A stretch of DNA of 61,002 bases, the filler included, from Aduncisulcus paluster (taxonomy: Eukaryota), in NCBI GenBank assembly GCA_024181965.1. It is 3 parts of 3 records of this genome, joined end to end, with 100 filler letters (N's around TTAATTAATTAA, not from the genome) between each part and the next. Parts side by side here need not be neighbours in the genome. Positions count along the whole stretch, not along the records: positions 29,849 to 47,344 come from BQXS01013865.1; 2 more parts are not named here. The stretch is one strand, 5' to 3'. How positions within the stretch are numbered: position 1 is the first letter of the stretch; every line of letters begins with the position of its first letter. Made by a program: the position numbers and the translations under genes. Positions 33,996 to 46,800 of this stretch are shown in pieces. The notes under the pieces are model-generated. The model made no database searches. It was not told the origin of the DNA and worked only from the letters and a program-made list of their open reading frames with translations.

Positions 33996-35282
33996 TTAAC
34001 TATACATGCTCAAGTGTTGACGAGCCAACTGCCTCTCTGCAAGGGTACATAAAGTATTTGTCAGTTCATAATGAAGCATTTGTTGTTGGAACAAAGTATC
34101 TTCCCGGATGTCAAGTCCACACATATACGCTTCAATCCAATATCTGTCTGTGGTGAGACCCTTGACAAGAATAACGTCTTCATGCCGAAGCCCACTGTGT
34201 ATCTGTTTTAACATGTCCTCGTAAGTGATATCATTCTTTGCGTTCAGCTGTTTCGTGATCATTTCAAACTGAAGCTCTTGGTGTTTGATCAATTTGCCTT
34301 TCTTTCGCGATATAACAGCCTGTTTCTTCAGAAATAGCACTGCATTGTGCTCGAGAGTGGCGTCATCAAGATATTGCATGACAACTCCCACAAATAGATT
34401 TTTGAGAACAAAGTTACCGATAAAAATGAAAGATATTGTGACCAATTTGGACATGGAGCTACTATTTGTCTGATCTGTGACAGATTGGATATCTCGCCAT
34501 CCTTCAGCAGTTGTGAAGGCAAACATGGTCGTAAAAGAGTGGAAAAGGTTCCCATAATGCTCAGAATCTTCGCTAGCAAAGAAATAGAATGACATAATGG
34601 CGAAAACATAGTTAAAAAGCATGATAAGGATCATAATATTTAAAACACCCAAAAAAGCTTTGAAAATGGCTTTTACAAGAACTTCAAGCCCTTGGATAAA
34701 TGGAACAGCTTTCATGGCTCGTAGGGCACGCAATGTACGGAATAAACGCAAGTAGGAAAGAGAAGAAATCCCACTGGTCTGGAAAAACGACATGATAATA
34801 TTAAGATATGATGACATCAAAATGGCGAAATCGAAGATATTAAATCCGTCTTTCCAATATTCTTTAGGTTCAACGAAGAGTTTAAGAACCAATTCAACAG
34901 TATATATACCAATAAATATTGAATTACAAATATCAATCCCCGTTACATGTTGGTGATAAAAATCGGAATTTGCTTCCATGACAATAACGATAATGTTCGC
35001 AAAAATAGCTAGAAATATGAAAAAGTTGAAAAACATTGAGTTTACAATCGTCCTAACGAATCCATGTAATGGAGATCGAGGCGGGATATTCTGCTCTTCC
35101 TGAGCTGCATCATATTCTAATTCTCGTTTAACGTCTTCTATCATATAATTTTCTTGTATATCTGTGCCGAAACCGCCAATATCTGATTGGCTAGCGGAGT
35201 CATTATCCTGTTCTTTGTTTAAATTGGCCATGCTTCCCATATAGCTCCCAAAGGAGCTCCCTCCTAAACTACTCATTGACAT
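33996..35282 (-). CDS. CATSPER3: CatSper3-like single-domain 6TM voltage-gated cation channel alpha subunit
   Basis: S1-S6 topology; YWKDGFNIFD (S3); S4 RLFRTLRALRAMK; pore YGNLFHSFTTMFAFTTAEGWRDIQ; S6 NLFVGV; C-terminus LRHEDVILVKGLTTDRYWIEAYMCGLDIREDTLFQQQMLHYEL parallels the CatSper3 tail. Confidence 0.85.
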   Translation of the reverse strand: MSMSSLGGSSFGSYMGSMANLNKEQDNDSASQSDIGGFGTDIQENYMIEDVKRELEYDAAQEEQNIPPRSPLHGFVRTIVNSMFFNFFIFLAIFANIIVIVMEANSDFYHQHVTGIDICNSIFIGIYTVELVLKLFVEPKEYWKDGFNIFDFAILMSSYLNIIMSFFQTSGISSLSYLRLFRTLRALRAMKAVPFIQGLEVLVKAIFKAFLGVLNIMILIMLFNYVFAIMSFYFFASEDSEHYGNLFHSFTTMFAFTTAEGWRDIQSVTDQTNSSSMSKLVTISFIFIGNFVLKNLFVGVVMQYLDDATLEHNAVLFLKKQAVISRKKGKLIKHQELQFEMITKQLNAKNDITYEDMLKQIHSGLRHEDVILVKGLTTDRYWIEAYMCGLDIREDTLFQQQMLHYELTNTLCTLAERQLARQHLSMYS

Positions 35283-35676
35283 GTTTTAAAATAAATGCTT
35301 GAATGGAAGATTCTTTCTTAATATTTCCTTCAAAATTGCAATTTTTATTTGATTTCAAGATTCGATCAATTAATACTGATATTGGACATTAAAATAGAAT
35401 AAATTTGGAATATAAAAAGTGTTATAATGTTTTATTTTCCGATATAATATTTCGGTATGGCTAGAGAATGAAACCGATAAATAACATTCAATAATCATTC
35501 AGGGGATAATAACTTTCTCCAAATTGAAAATAAATATAAAATTAAATAAAGATATGTTTAAATAACATGAATATTTCTCATGATAAAGGCTTCTGTAAAA
35601 AAAACAACCTGATGGTGCAAAAAAAAGGTCCGAAAATACAGAATCTTATTAAAAAAGAACTCTTGTTACGATAAAA

Positions 35677-38600
35677 TCATGCCTGCTGTACAAAATTCAT
35701 TACCATTGATTGAGTTTGCATTCTTTCTGCTTCCTTTTCCTTTCTGATCTTTCTTTTCTTAAGTCCAACATAAAGACCCAAGCAAGACACCAATAAGATG
35801 AATAAAGTAAGTGAAATGCACAACGGGAAGTATATTGTCATATAAAATGGAATTATCGAGCATATTTGTTGATCATTCGCCTCGGTACCCTTTTCGCACC
35901 TAAACAAAACATCCATTGTCAATTCATTTGAATCGAACGCCGGAGATGATGCTGTTTCTGACACGTTAGCTTGACATATGAATGATTTAAAACGTGTGTC
36001 ACCCTCAGAACTTATCAATTCAGACAAATCAACCTCCAAACTCATCGCATCAAGGCTCAGCACTTCATCAAGAGATTCTACAGCATCAATCGTTGAAGAA
36101 AAGGTGTTTCCACTCGTCAAATAATCACAATCACAACTCCATTCGAGGTCAAAACTTTCGAGTGGTCGATGGTCAATGGTAATTTCAACATTGGCGGAAG
36201 AACTAAACACACTTAACGTTTCATCAGAGGATAAAACAATAGAAGGTGTATTATACGGTTCTAAATCAATGGTAGATTGTCCGAGATCAAGAGTATATTC
36301 GGTTGAACCGCCAAAAGTTACGTTTTTAGCCGGGAATACAAGTTGTAGAGTGTTCACACAAGTGTCCATGAATAAAAACTCGGTTGTTGTAATTCCTGAT
36401 CCATCGGCAAGGATATAAAAGCTTCCATTATCGTCAACAAGAGAGAGAGATACTTGCTCACAGAAGAGATATCCCGAAATAGAAGTGAGAATAAGTTCAG
36501 ATGGATCATTGAGTATCGACGACTCGAATGTGAATGGGAATAGTTCAGATCTACTTCCATCCTCATAGAATATAGTGTCCAAAGAGCTAACTGTGACCAA
36601 TTTGGAGATATCTCGACAAACGTTATCCACATCAAACAAATCAGCATCACATGTACGAGAGAATAACAAATAATACTCGATGATTTGTGAATCAACATCG
36701 GTTATTCCAGTGTTGGGAGTAACGGTGCACTCAGCAATCAGAGTGGATTCTTCATCTTCCCCGGCAGTGCTTGGAATAGTAGCGGCAGCAGTGATGTCAA
36801 TACTAAGACCAGAGTAAGAAGACGAATTGATGGTTATCGAAGAAGGGTATGTCACATCGGGGAGCCAAGTCACACTGGAAGTCGTTGTACAAACGATAGA
36901 TAGAGTTCCTTCAAGAGGAAGTGAGAAATCGGCTGTCAAAGACGTGGAGAGGGATGTAGGAGAGAGCTCAACGTAATCACCGGAAGAATCTTCGGTAATA
37001 CCGGTAATTGTGAATTCAGGGACACGAGTATCATGCAATACAACGGAAGAACTTGAATATTCGATAGCGACAGTGCCATACAAAGCTGTATCCTGTGGAA
37101 CATCACTTGTGACAGAAATAGAACATGTAATCTCAGGTCCGATATAAATAGACAAAGGTGAGAAAGTATATGTCACATATTCAGCACTGCCAGGGATCAA
37201 AGGAGTTGAGAGGACATCAGAAGGGATTGTGAAAGAAGCGGGAGAACAAGTATAATTAACATAAAAATCCAAGTCAGGATGTCCAGAGTAATCTGTAGAA
37301 GATAAAGTTGTGTTCTCAATAATGCCATATACATAAAGAACATCATTCTCATAGACGTCTAGACTTGGATCTGTGGAAATTGTCATCCAGGACGCATCCA
37401 AAGTGTCACAATATGTTTGATTGACGTGTGAATAATGTCCATACGAACAGTCTTGGGGGAACGAGGGTTCAATGGCTCCAGATTCACAATATTCTCCCAA
37501 TGAACAGTCCTCACACACACTTGACGTGGATAAATACTGTCCATCTGAACAGATATGGACAATGTACAGGTCTGGGAGATCGAAAGTGCGAAGATTGGAT
37601 GGGATAAGGTCAGCATCACCATAATTCTCAATGGTCAGTGTGCATTCCATCAGAGAAGCAGAAGATACACCAGTTTTCCTAAGGCTTGATACGATAGACT
37701 CATCAAAGGCGTATGATGTATCGTATCCAGTAGAACTCACTGCCTGGGTGACATCAATAGCAATAGTGTCAATTAAAGTGGTCACAGCACAATCGGCACA
37801 TGTGCATGACAATGATAGCTGAGCTGAAGTTTCTGTCTGAGCAGGCAAAGAAGAGAAATTAATCTCGATGGTTGGGTGAGATATGATGCTAATATATTCC
37901 GAATCGCCACTTTGGACTGCAGATGTGATTTGAAAAGATGAACCTTCAGTGTCATGGAATTGTACTTCAGGCATTAGAGCTGTGGGTGAGAATGAACTCG
38001 TGAGCGATGAAGAAGGATTCGAGGGACAATCCATGGTCATATCGAACGATATTGTACACCGTTCGTCATAATCTATCAGAGTATAGTCAGAAAATACGGA
38101 TGTATCATGTGTGAGAGTGAGAGAAGTTTCCATATCTCCAGTGGAAGCGTTCAAAGTGAATGTTCCGCCACCAGTGATATCAATGAAGGTATCACAATCA
38201 ACAGTGGTTGACCTTACATCGATAGAGTCAGACATTACTGGAGAATCTATCAATATATCACACCCTGACGTGATCGATCCAGTATATCGCATATTGATTA
38301 CTGCACTATTGGCCTCTTCAAGGATCCACTGGAGAGGGGAAGTCCTGCCAAAGACAAGGGCTTCATAACCGGATCCAGAGTCCACATCAACGTATGAAAA
38401 CATGGTTAGAAGAGAGTTTGTGATAGGAATGACATGTGTCCGTTCTCCTCCTCCGCTTCCGGTGAGTGAAAACGTTATAGAAACTCCACAAGAAATGTTA
38501 GAAGTGAAATAACTCTCGGCAGTGACAAGGACTTGAACCCTACTGTCCCTGTCTGATCTCTCAGAAAAGCTCCAGTTTGACTCAACAATTCCACCCACGG

Positions 38601-41600
38601 GAGTTGGCGTAACATCGATGGAAACACAGTCTCCAACCACAGCAAAAGTAAGCTCGAGTTCAACACTTCTATCGATAACAGCTCCACTGACATTCAACTC
38701 AGAGCTAGGATCAAGGTATATCACGAACTCAGAGTTCATATCTGAGCTTATTTGTGACGATTGAACATCGATATTTGTCGTATCGGCCAATGCCATTGCA
38801 TATGGAGTGATCGTGTTAATGTTCGGATCAACCCAATTCACAATATCATCAACGCCTGAAGCTTGGACTTCAGCCAAAGTAATAAGAATTGGAAGAGCTT
38901 CAGAGTTTGTACAAGAAGGAGATGAGACCGGAGAAAGAGTACAATAATCGTATAATTGACTGTTCATTCGGGCATAGGCATATTCAAGGGTCGGACAGGA
39001 GACAGACACATCGTATTGCAGTGTTACAGTGACAATTGAATCGGACAGTACTTTCACTCCTTCTCTATAAATAGTATCATCGAGGGTGAGAAAGTCTGGC
39101 CAACATTCCATCACGACATCCCCACAGAGATTTAGAGACGAACTATCCACACTCAATGTCATTTGAGCAGTTGTATATACTTGGTCTGGTGAGAATGTGA
39201 AAGATGAGAACGTCACTTCAGGTAAATCACACACATACTGCACTTCGACTTGAGAAACAGGCCTAGGCATATAGTCAAGGGTTAATACGATAGTGGGGGT
39301 CGTGGTCATGTCGTATGTGACTGTCTGAGAGTCAAATTCAATGAGAATGGGGCGGATAAGAGGAACTTGGAGGAGAGCATCAGTGATATCGAGTGGTTGG
39401 AGACCATATGTTGTGGATGCTGTGTCCTCAAAGAGAACAAAGAATGATAACACTGCTCGATCTATTGGTTGAACATCATTGGGTACGAAAGTAAGGCTAA
39501 GAACTTCTGCAAACGACCCACTGGANNNNNNNNNNNNNNNNNNNNAATGAGAATGGGGCGGATAAGAGGAACTTGGAGGAGAGCATCAGTGATATCGAGT
39601 GGTTGGAGACCATATGTTGTGGATGCTGTGTCCTCAAAGAGAACAAAGAATGATAACACTGCTCGATCTATTGGTTGAACATCATTGGGTACGAAAGTAA
39701 GGCTAAGAACTTCTGCAAACGACCCACTGGAAGTGAACGAGCCCACAGAATCACCGTCTGAAGGCGAAGACACGGAATTACAATCTAAAGTGGCATCCGA
39801 GGCACAATCGATCGACAGAGTGATCGAAGCGATATCGGAATCATCTACTTGTAAATCATTCCCATTCAATTCGAGGTCCAAAGTATAATCTGTACCTCCA
39901 ACGCCTTCTTCAGGGAGGATAATGCTAAGATCTCCTTCATACACCGATCCATTGATTGTCAGAGCAGTGTAAATATCAGTTGCGGCCAGACATAGGTGTG
40001 TTGAGGCAACAGTGTCGAGGAATTTGACACAATAATTTGACAAATCGTGTGAACAATATAGAATCGAAGGGTCTAATGTAAACGACATGTCTGGATTACC
40101 TGTGCCATCGGTGTGGATAAGGTGTGTTGAATCAGAGTTTATGTATGCAGTGCAAGTAAGTTCTGAAATTGTTTGTCCAGATGTAAATACATAAGGATCA
40201 AGAGAGAAGGAAATATCACGATAATCAGTTGATGTATCGTGGGTGACTGTTTGAGTGTCTGAAATAACCTCATTACTTGACGAATCCTTACAAGAAATAG
40301 TGATTGTCATGGAAATGAAATTCGTATTTTGTGGAATTCCAAGAGGAAACAAGACGTGAAGAGTCGGTGAAACATCGTCATCTGCAGGTAAATTAGTACT
40401 ATCAATCACAAGGTAATTGCTTGCGGTAACTGTGGATTCAGACACACAACGTTGAGTTGTTGCAGAGGGGACAGAAAACTTATAGCTATTCGTATCAGCA
40501 CATGTGAAGGTGACCGAGTATAATAGAATGTCATAATCACCTGTGTTAGAAGTAGAAGAGTCCCATTGCACCGTGTCAGTGGTCAATGTACCCACTTCCT
40601 GGTATTCTAGGGTACATGTGGGGTTCTTTGGGAGAATACTCTCGTCTGTAGTGGCGTCTGAAGCGAAGGAATAGTCACATTGGAAAGATTGGGAAGTGCC
40701 ATCGTCAGTGCATGTTGCACCAGTGATAGAAGAATCAGTGCACACAATATCAATATCAAAATCATTGGAAGGTTGGAAATTAAACTTTAAATACGTAGAA
40801 ACCGTTGCAGTGGTCGATGGCTGAGATATTGTAGATGAACTCTCACCAGTGATAAGAATAGTCGATGGGCCAACAATGTTATAGTACGTTACTGATGGAT
40901 CAGTGATCGTTAATGGACCCCCAGAGGTGGTGGCAACACTTAAGGGCAGTGTTTTCCCACTTTCATAGAGATCTTTGACACGTAGAATTTGAGGAGAAGA
41001 AGTGGAACTCTGAAGAATATTGCCACCATTACCATCGGAGACTGAAGAGAGAGAAATTGTTATGTAAGCACGATAATCCTCAACAGATGTCGAATCAACG
41101 TCAATAAGTGACTCTGTTGTGTTAAGATTAATTCGTACATCCATGGAACGTCCAGAATTAATGGTGGGATTTATATTTGAATTATTAACAGTTAAAACGA
41201 TATAAAATTCTTCATTAACGGTGAGTTCAGTCAGAGCAGTGCCCGAAGTATCAAATATTTCATATTTAAATTCAACAGATTCCTTCGTCATGTCAGTTAT
41301 ATCACCAGAAACAGCATCATAAACCATGGTTGAAACATAATAATCCTGGCCTGACCAATAGTTGTAAGAGTCTGAGCTGTCACAAAGCTCGTAAATATCA
41401 CAATTAACACAACTACCGTTATCTGCAAGCGTGGCAACTGCACATGCCTCACAAATACCACTAGCATTCTGTAGGACTTTTGAAGGGTTTTCGCATGAAG
41501 CATATGTAATAGATTGGGTTGAAAACGTTTGATATGCCGTTGTAGTAGTGTCTAAGGAGTATAGCGTTGCCACACTATCATCTTGGAGGTACACACCGCA

Positions 41601-42515
41601 TGTGATATCCTGATCGACATTTTTCCCTTCCAACTGGGAAGAATAATCAAAGGTAAATGAATCGTTGTAATAAGACGTTGTGGCAGATCCAAGAGTTCCC
41701 GTTATGACAGAAAATGATGCGTTTTGAGTCTTGAGAATCTCAAAAATTTCCGAGTTGGAGGCATCTTCCGTGGCATAAACTTTGGCATCAGCGGAACTCA
41801 CGTCATCAGAATCTGAGGAAACATAATACGTCGTTGACAATGATCCAGAGAGAAATGACAATTCGCGCCCAAGGAACACAGCTGACGACACTGCAGAGAT
41901 CGCCCCATCAGCATCATAACACATGATAAATGTAGCAAGTGGAGTTGATGTGAAGGATGTCACGTAGTAATAATATTCAATAACACTATTTGTGGGATCA
42001 TCAACGATGGCATCAAGGACAACCTCACTCGAACACACATCAAAATCCATTGTAGAAAAGGTGAATGTCCCACTCAGAGCTGGGACAGAAAATATAAGAC
42101 CGTACCGGTCGGGGGTGGAACAACTGACAGGGTAGAGCGTTCGACCAATATTGCATTCGAAAGAGTATGAATATAAACCTCCAGAGGATATTTCTGTTGT
42201 AGTCTGGCCAACACCCATAATATCATTGCCACTGCCATCTCGTAGAACAAAAGGAAAAAGATTTGTTGATGCTTTGGTTACGGTAATTATAGGCATACCC
42301 GCATAAGAAAATTGTGCACCATAATAGTCGAAAATACAAAGATTTGGAACTGTTACATCACCAGTTGTGGTTGGAGTTATGCTTGAAACATCTAAATTAT
42401 ACTCAGCAGTAGAAGTAGCAGCATGAAAATAAAAATCCGAGAGAACTAAATCGAAAAAACAAGATATTATAAGAAGAATCAAATATATAACATGTATTTT
42501 ATATTGAAATGACAT
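35677..42515 (-). CDS. Large type I membrane surface protein (~2,210 aa reconstructed), S/T/D-rich beta ectodomain with Cys-rich (GCC2/ephrin-receptor-like) modules
   Basis: N-terminal signal peptide; single C-terminal TM followed by KKRKIRKEK; CSDGQY..CEDCSLGEYC..CSYGHYS modules. Removing the 206 bp artefact joins ORFs 39462-42518 and 35677-39453 in frame. Confidence 0.82.
39340..39731. repeat. 186 bp duplication around a 20-N gap; assembly artefact
   Basis: 39340-39525 = 39546-39731. Confidence 0.9.
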
Positions 42516-42739
42516 CAATTTATCTTGTAATATTTACGGATTGTAAGCAAAACAACAAATGTCAATCGGAGGTTTGTTTTGTTATTTAATTTCCTTTTTT
42601 ACCTTCGAATTGTATTAAATATAGGTTTTTATTTATAAAGGTAACGTAATATTATATCAGATTATGTTGAATCTAGCGTAAACAACATTGCCTGACTCAA
42701 ATCTACATTAACATTGAATGAAGCTCTGAATGTAATAAA

Positions 42740-43474
42740 TTACTCAATTGCCTTGGCATCTCTCCAATTTGGCAGGAAGAAAGGAAGAGAATCCCAATCA
42801 ACTCCCATTTTGTGGAGAACTTTCCTTAAACCCCTTAAAATTATCTTTTGGGACAATAAAGTAAGATGAAGGCCATCAACATACACCTGATCGTCTTTCA
42901 TAGCCTTTCTTAATTTTTGAATCTCCTCCCACGCATCAAATAAATTAAATTCACGGGCTTTAGCCAGATCTCTAACAATGGCCGCATATTTAGCAGTACG
43001 CTCAGAAGATCTTTGAACCGCTGAATCGTGTTCTTTTTTACAGTATTCGGTGTACATTTTATCACCCACGGGAGGTGGAGTTACAAGGATAATTCTCTTG
43101 TGATCAACGGCATATTTCTTGGTAAGCTCATCAATGATATGAGTCATATTTTCTTTAAACTTATCCAATGGAATATGTTGACCTGGACATGTTTCTTTGA
43201 ATGCAGCATCATTTGCACCAAGCCAAACAACAACAAACATCGGGCCTGGACGGGATTCATCGCAACATAGAACGTGTGAAGGGAAAAATATCCCCTTATT
43301 AGCAGGATGTAATACCATAGAAGTATTATATCCGCTAACACCACGGGAAATAACATCTAATTTAGCGCTATACAACCTTGTCATACTGTGAACCCAACCA
43401 TCCTTCTCCATGCCAAATTGAGTGAGAGAATCACCAATTAATAAACAACATTGCTCACGAATACAATCAGACAT
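42740..43474 (-). CDS. IAH1: SGNH/GDSL hydrolase, isoamyl acetate-hydrolyzing esterase 1-like
   Basis: Block I GDSLTQ, block II RGVSGYNT, block III WLGANDA, ILVTPPP, block V DGLH; first ATG at 43474. Confidence 0.92.
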   Translation of the reverse strand: MSDCIREQCCLLIGDSLTQFGMEKDGWVHSMTRLYSAKLDVISRGVSGYNTSMVLHPANKGIFFPSHVLCCDESRPGPMFVVVWLGANDAAFKETCPGQHIPLDKFKENMTHIIDELTKKYAVDHKRIILVTPPPVGDKMYTEYCKKEHDSAVQRSSERTAKYAAIVRDLAKAREFNLFDAWEEIQKLRKAMKDDQVYVDGLHLTLLSQKIILRGLRKVLHKMGVDWDSLPFFLPNWRDAKAIE

Positions 43475-43835
43475 TTGCAATCGGCTCAAAAGGAAACTTG
43501 ATCAAAGTATTTTTGAAATTGGCATGTTGGGAAATTTTGATCACTAAAAAGTAATATTTTTCTAAAATATTTTTTTAATTTTACTTTAATTGTTTCCTAA
43601 TTTATTTAGGCAGCTTCAAAAAAAATATTTTCAGATTAATGGCTTAGGAGTAATAATTGATAATAATATCCTTCATATTTCAAATTAATATTGAATATAG
43701 GTATAATATATAATATTGAATTTCATATTTTATCTCCTTCCTTCGTGCAAGAGCCAATTCTTCTTCAGCCGGTGTCCTCGGCTTGAGCCGAAGAAATTAG
43801 AGATTCTTCCCAATAATATCAAACAATTCTATTAT

Positions 43836-46800
43836 TCAAACGATATCTTCAAAAAACAATTCTACATATCCTCCAGACATCTCAAAAGAGTTAAAACAGA
43901 ATTCAATCGGTTCCTTTGCCAAATCTACAGAAAACATACGAATGCAACTTTCAATTGACTCTTTTTCGAGTTCTTCTTCCTCGCTGTCATACTCCATATC
44001 AAGTCCTCCAAAGCCAAATCCAAACGATCCTCCCTCATGACCTGAATTATCATTGGAATTATTAGCACTGTCTGAAGATGAGCTTGATTCTTCATCAGAT
44101 TCTTCTTCTTTCCCTTTATACTGATTACTGGGACAATACTTGGTCAGCTGTACATGATTTCCTTGGATACTTCGAACTGTTCCGATGTATCTTTCCGATT
44201 CTTCAGCCCCCTTGATCACAACCACATCACATCCTTCCACCAATGGTTCATAAGGAATACACCAATGGAGTGAAGAGAGATTGTACAACGTATGTCCATC
44301 ACTTGAGGGGATATGGATAAATGGGAAGAAAAGATTAGTATTAATTGTGTGGAGACATGTGGATTTCAAATATACTCTGAAATTTGATAGTATTCGTTTA
44401 AAAATCATAGATCTTTGATCACCTTCAACACAGAGCATCAGATCTTTCTTTGGGACCAAAATAGAACCAAGATACGGGTGGAAAACATTGCAAATGGTGG
44501 ATATTTCTGTCGTTGGTTGAGAAAGAACGACTCCTTCCTCTCCGTTTATCTCACTTCCAATTGTAATCTCTTCACAAAATCCGAGCCGACGAGTTAAAAG
44601 ATCGAGATGAGGGAAGTTTCTCATTTGCTGGGGTGAGAAACAAGATTGAGGAATAATAACCATGCATTTAGGAGATGGAACCGGAAGGGGAAGATCAAAT
44701 GGATAAACAATTGAATCACATAATTTTGTACACCTCATATCATTTTCCACCCCTTGTTTCCTTCCCTTTCTTTCAACAAATCCTGCCCTATAATTCTGAT
44801 TATGGTTTTGTTTCCACTGAGAACGATGGATAACACATTGGACTGTAAGTTTGCATTTTGAATTCATAACACTTGACAAAGAATCCATACTTTCTTGCTT
44901 GATCATACATCCTTCACAGATAACAATCTCTCTAAGCTCTTGCATGTCTCGAATGAAATGACACAGGATATTAAATCCTTGGCCAAGGGGAAGAGAAGAG
45001 AATTGAAGATATTTAATGTTGGGGACAATCAAAGTCAGAAAACTGAAAAAATATCGCAAGTTCAAAGCATTTAACTGCATAAAAAACCCGATTGGAAAGG
45101 TAATGGTGTCAATACTCAAACGATCACTTGATATCATTGGTGTTTTCTGTCTAATCGGATTCAAGAGATCCGTGACAAATGGAAGAATATCCTTACAATA
45201 AACAGCAGTTAAACCTTTGAAATCAATGCATTTAGTGTATGTAGAAATAGGGGAAATTATAGAACAGAACTGAGAAAATAGAGCCCTTTCTGGATTACGA
45301 CCAAGATACTTACCAGGGCAGAATGTGGAAGAACAGGAAGAGGAAGAGGAAGAGGAAGAGGAAGAGGAAGAGGAAGAGGAAGAGGATGACAGATGTTGAG
45401 TTATTTCCTTGGATTCTTGTGAGGAATCTGATGGAAGAATAGGCATTACCATTCGAACTGAATTTACATCAACATATTGAACACCATAACGAGTTGCAAC
45501 AGCAACCACATTATGAAGTTCTTTCCTCATTACCAATCCAAAAATAGGTTCTTGAGAAAGTTCTTGTGAAGAACAATGTTGACTCGAAGGAGAAGAACAA
45601 GAAGAACAAGAAGAACAAGGAGCTTGGGATGTTGAGAAAAATGGACTAATTTTGGTCAAGCGAACAAGACTAAAAATACTCGGAAATGCCGAGACATGAA
45701 TCTTTCGAGGGAGAATTGATGGCAAAATAGGATTATTCATACCTATTAATTCTGAAATGGGATTTTCTAGAGGAATCTCACGAAAAGAGTGTGGAATGAA
45801 TCCATCCAATTGTCTCCCTGGATTGTTGATTTCTGTTGAAGTACACAACGGTGATTGATAATCCCTAACAAAAGGAACACAACTCGGATCTTTAGCTTTT
45901 GCAGGATTTATAGGGAAAATACAAGAACATTGACCATTAACGGAATACAAGGCACCTGGAACTGGTGAATTAATAGGGAAAAGGGGTTCTTCTAAAGGTG
46001 GTTTTCCAAACGTTATGCATTTTAATTTGGGCAAATCTTGGAGTATATACCAAATTAGAGGAAGAGGAATATCCTTGTATATTTTTAGATATTCTAAATT
46101 TAGAAAGCTACAAAGTTGTGGTAAGAGATATGAATAGTCAGAAATAATATTGTCTGACAAATCGAGAAATTGCACCGAATTTCGAATGGAAAATAGCAAA
46201 AAGAGGAAGAAAGGAGAATCAATGTTTTGCCTCATATTTGAAAAAACAAATTCTTTTAATGGGAAAGCTGATTGATGGAGAGCAAGAGAAGCCCAGCAAG
46301 AAGATGAAACAAGACATTCGTTAAGTTTGATTGACTCCAGAGAAGGTGGAATACCGCATGAAAACAACCTTTGGATTGGAGAGATGAGCAAATCATAATT
46401 ACTTAATTTTAATTTTGCAGCAAACTTTTTACATGGGTCTATTTTTGTATCAATTTCTTTCTCATCTTCTCTAATTTTAGATATAACTTCGCCAAATGAA
46501 ATACCATAATAACCATGTTGATCCTCACAAATGGTGTGGTCGTCAGCAAAAAGAGACGAAATATCTTCTTGAAGTTGTGCATAGACTGAGGCAATCCAAG
46601 AACTTATCTGTTTTAGCTGAAACACAATTGATTCAACTTTTTGTTTTTTCAATTCTTCTTCTTCTTTTTCCTCGTCTCCTTCTTCATCTTCCTCTTCATC
46701 TTCCTCTTCATCTTCCTCTTCATCTTCCTCTTCATCTTCCTCTTCCTCTTCTCTTTCTTCTCTTTCTTCTCTTTCTTCTTCGTTTGAAACTATTTCATTA

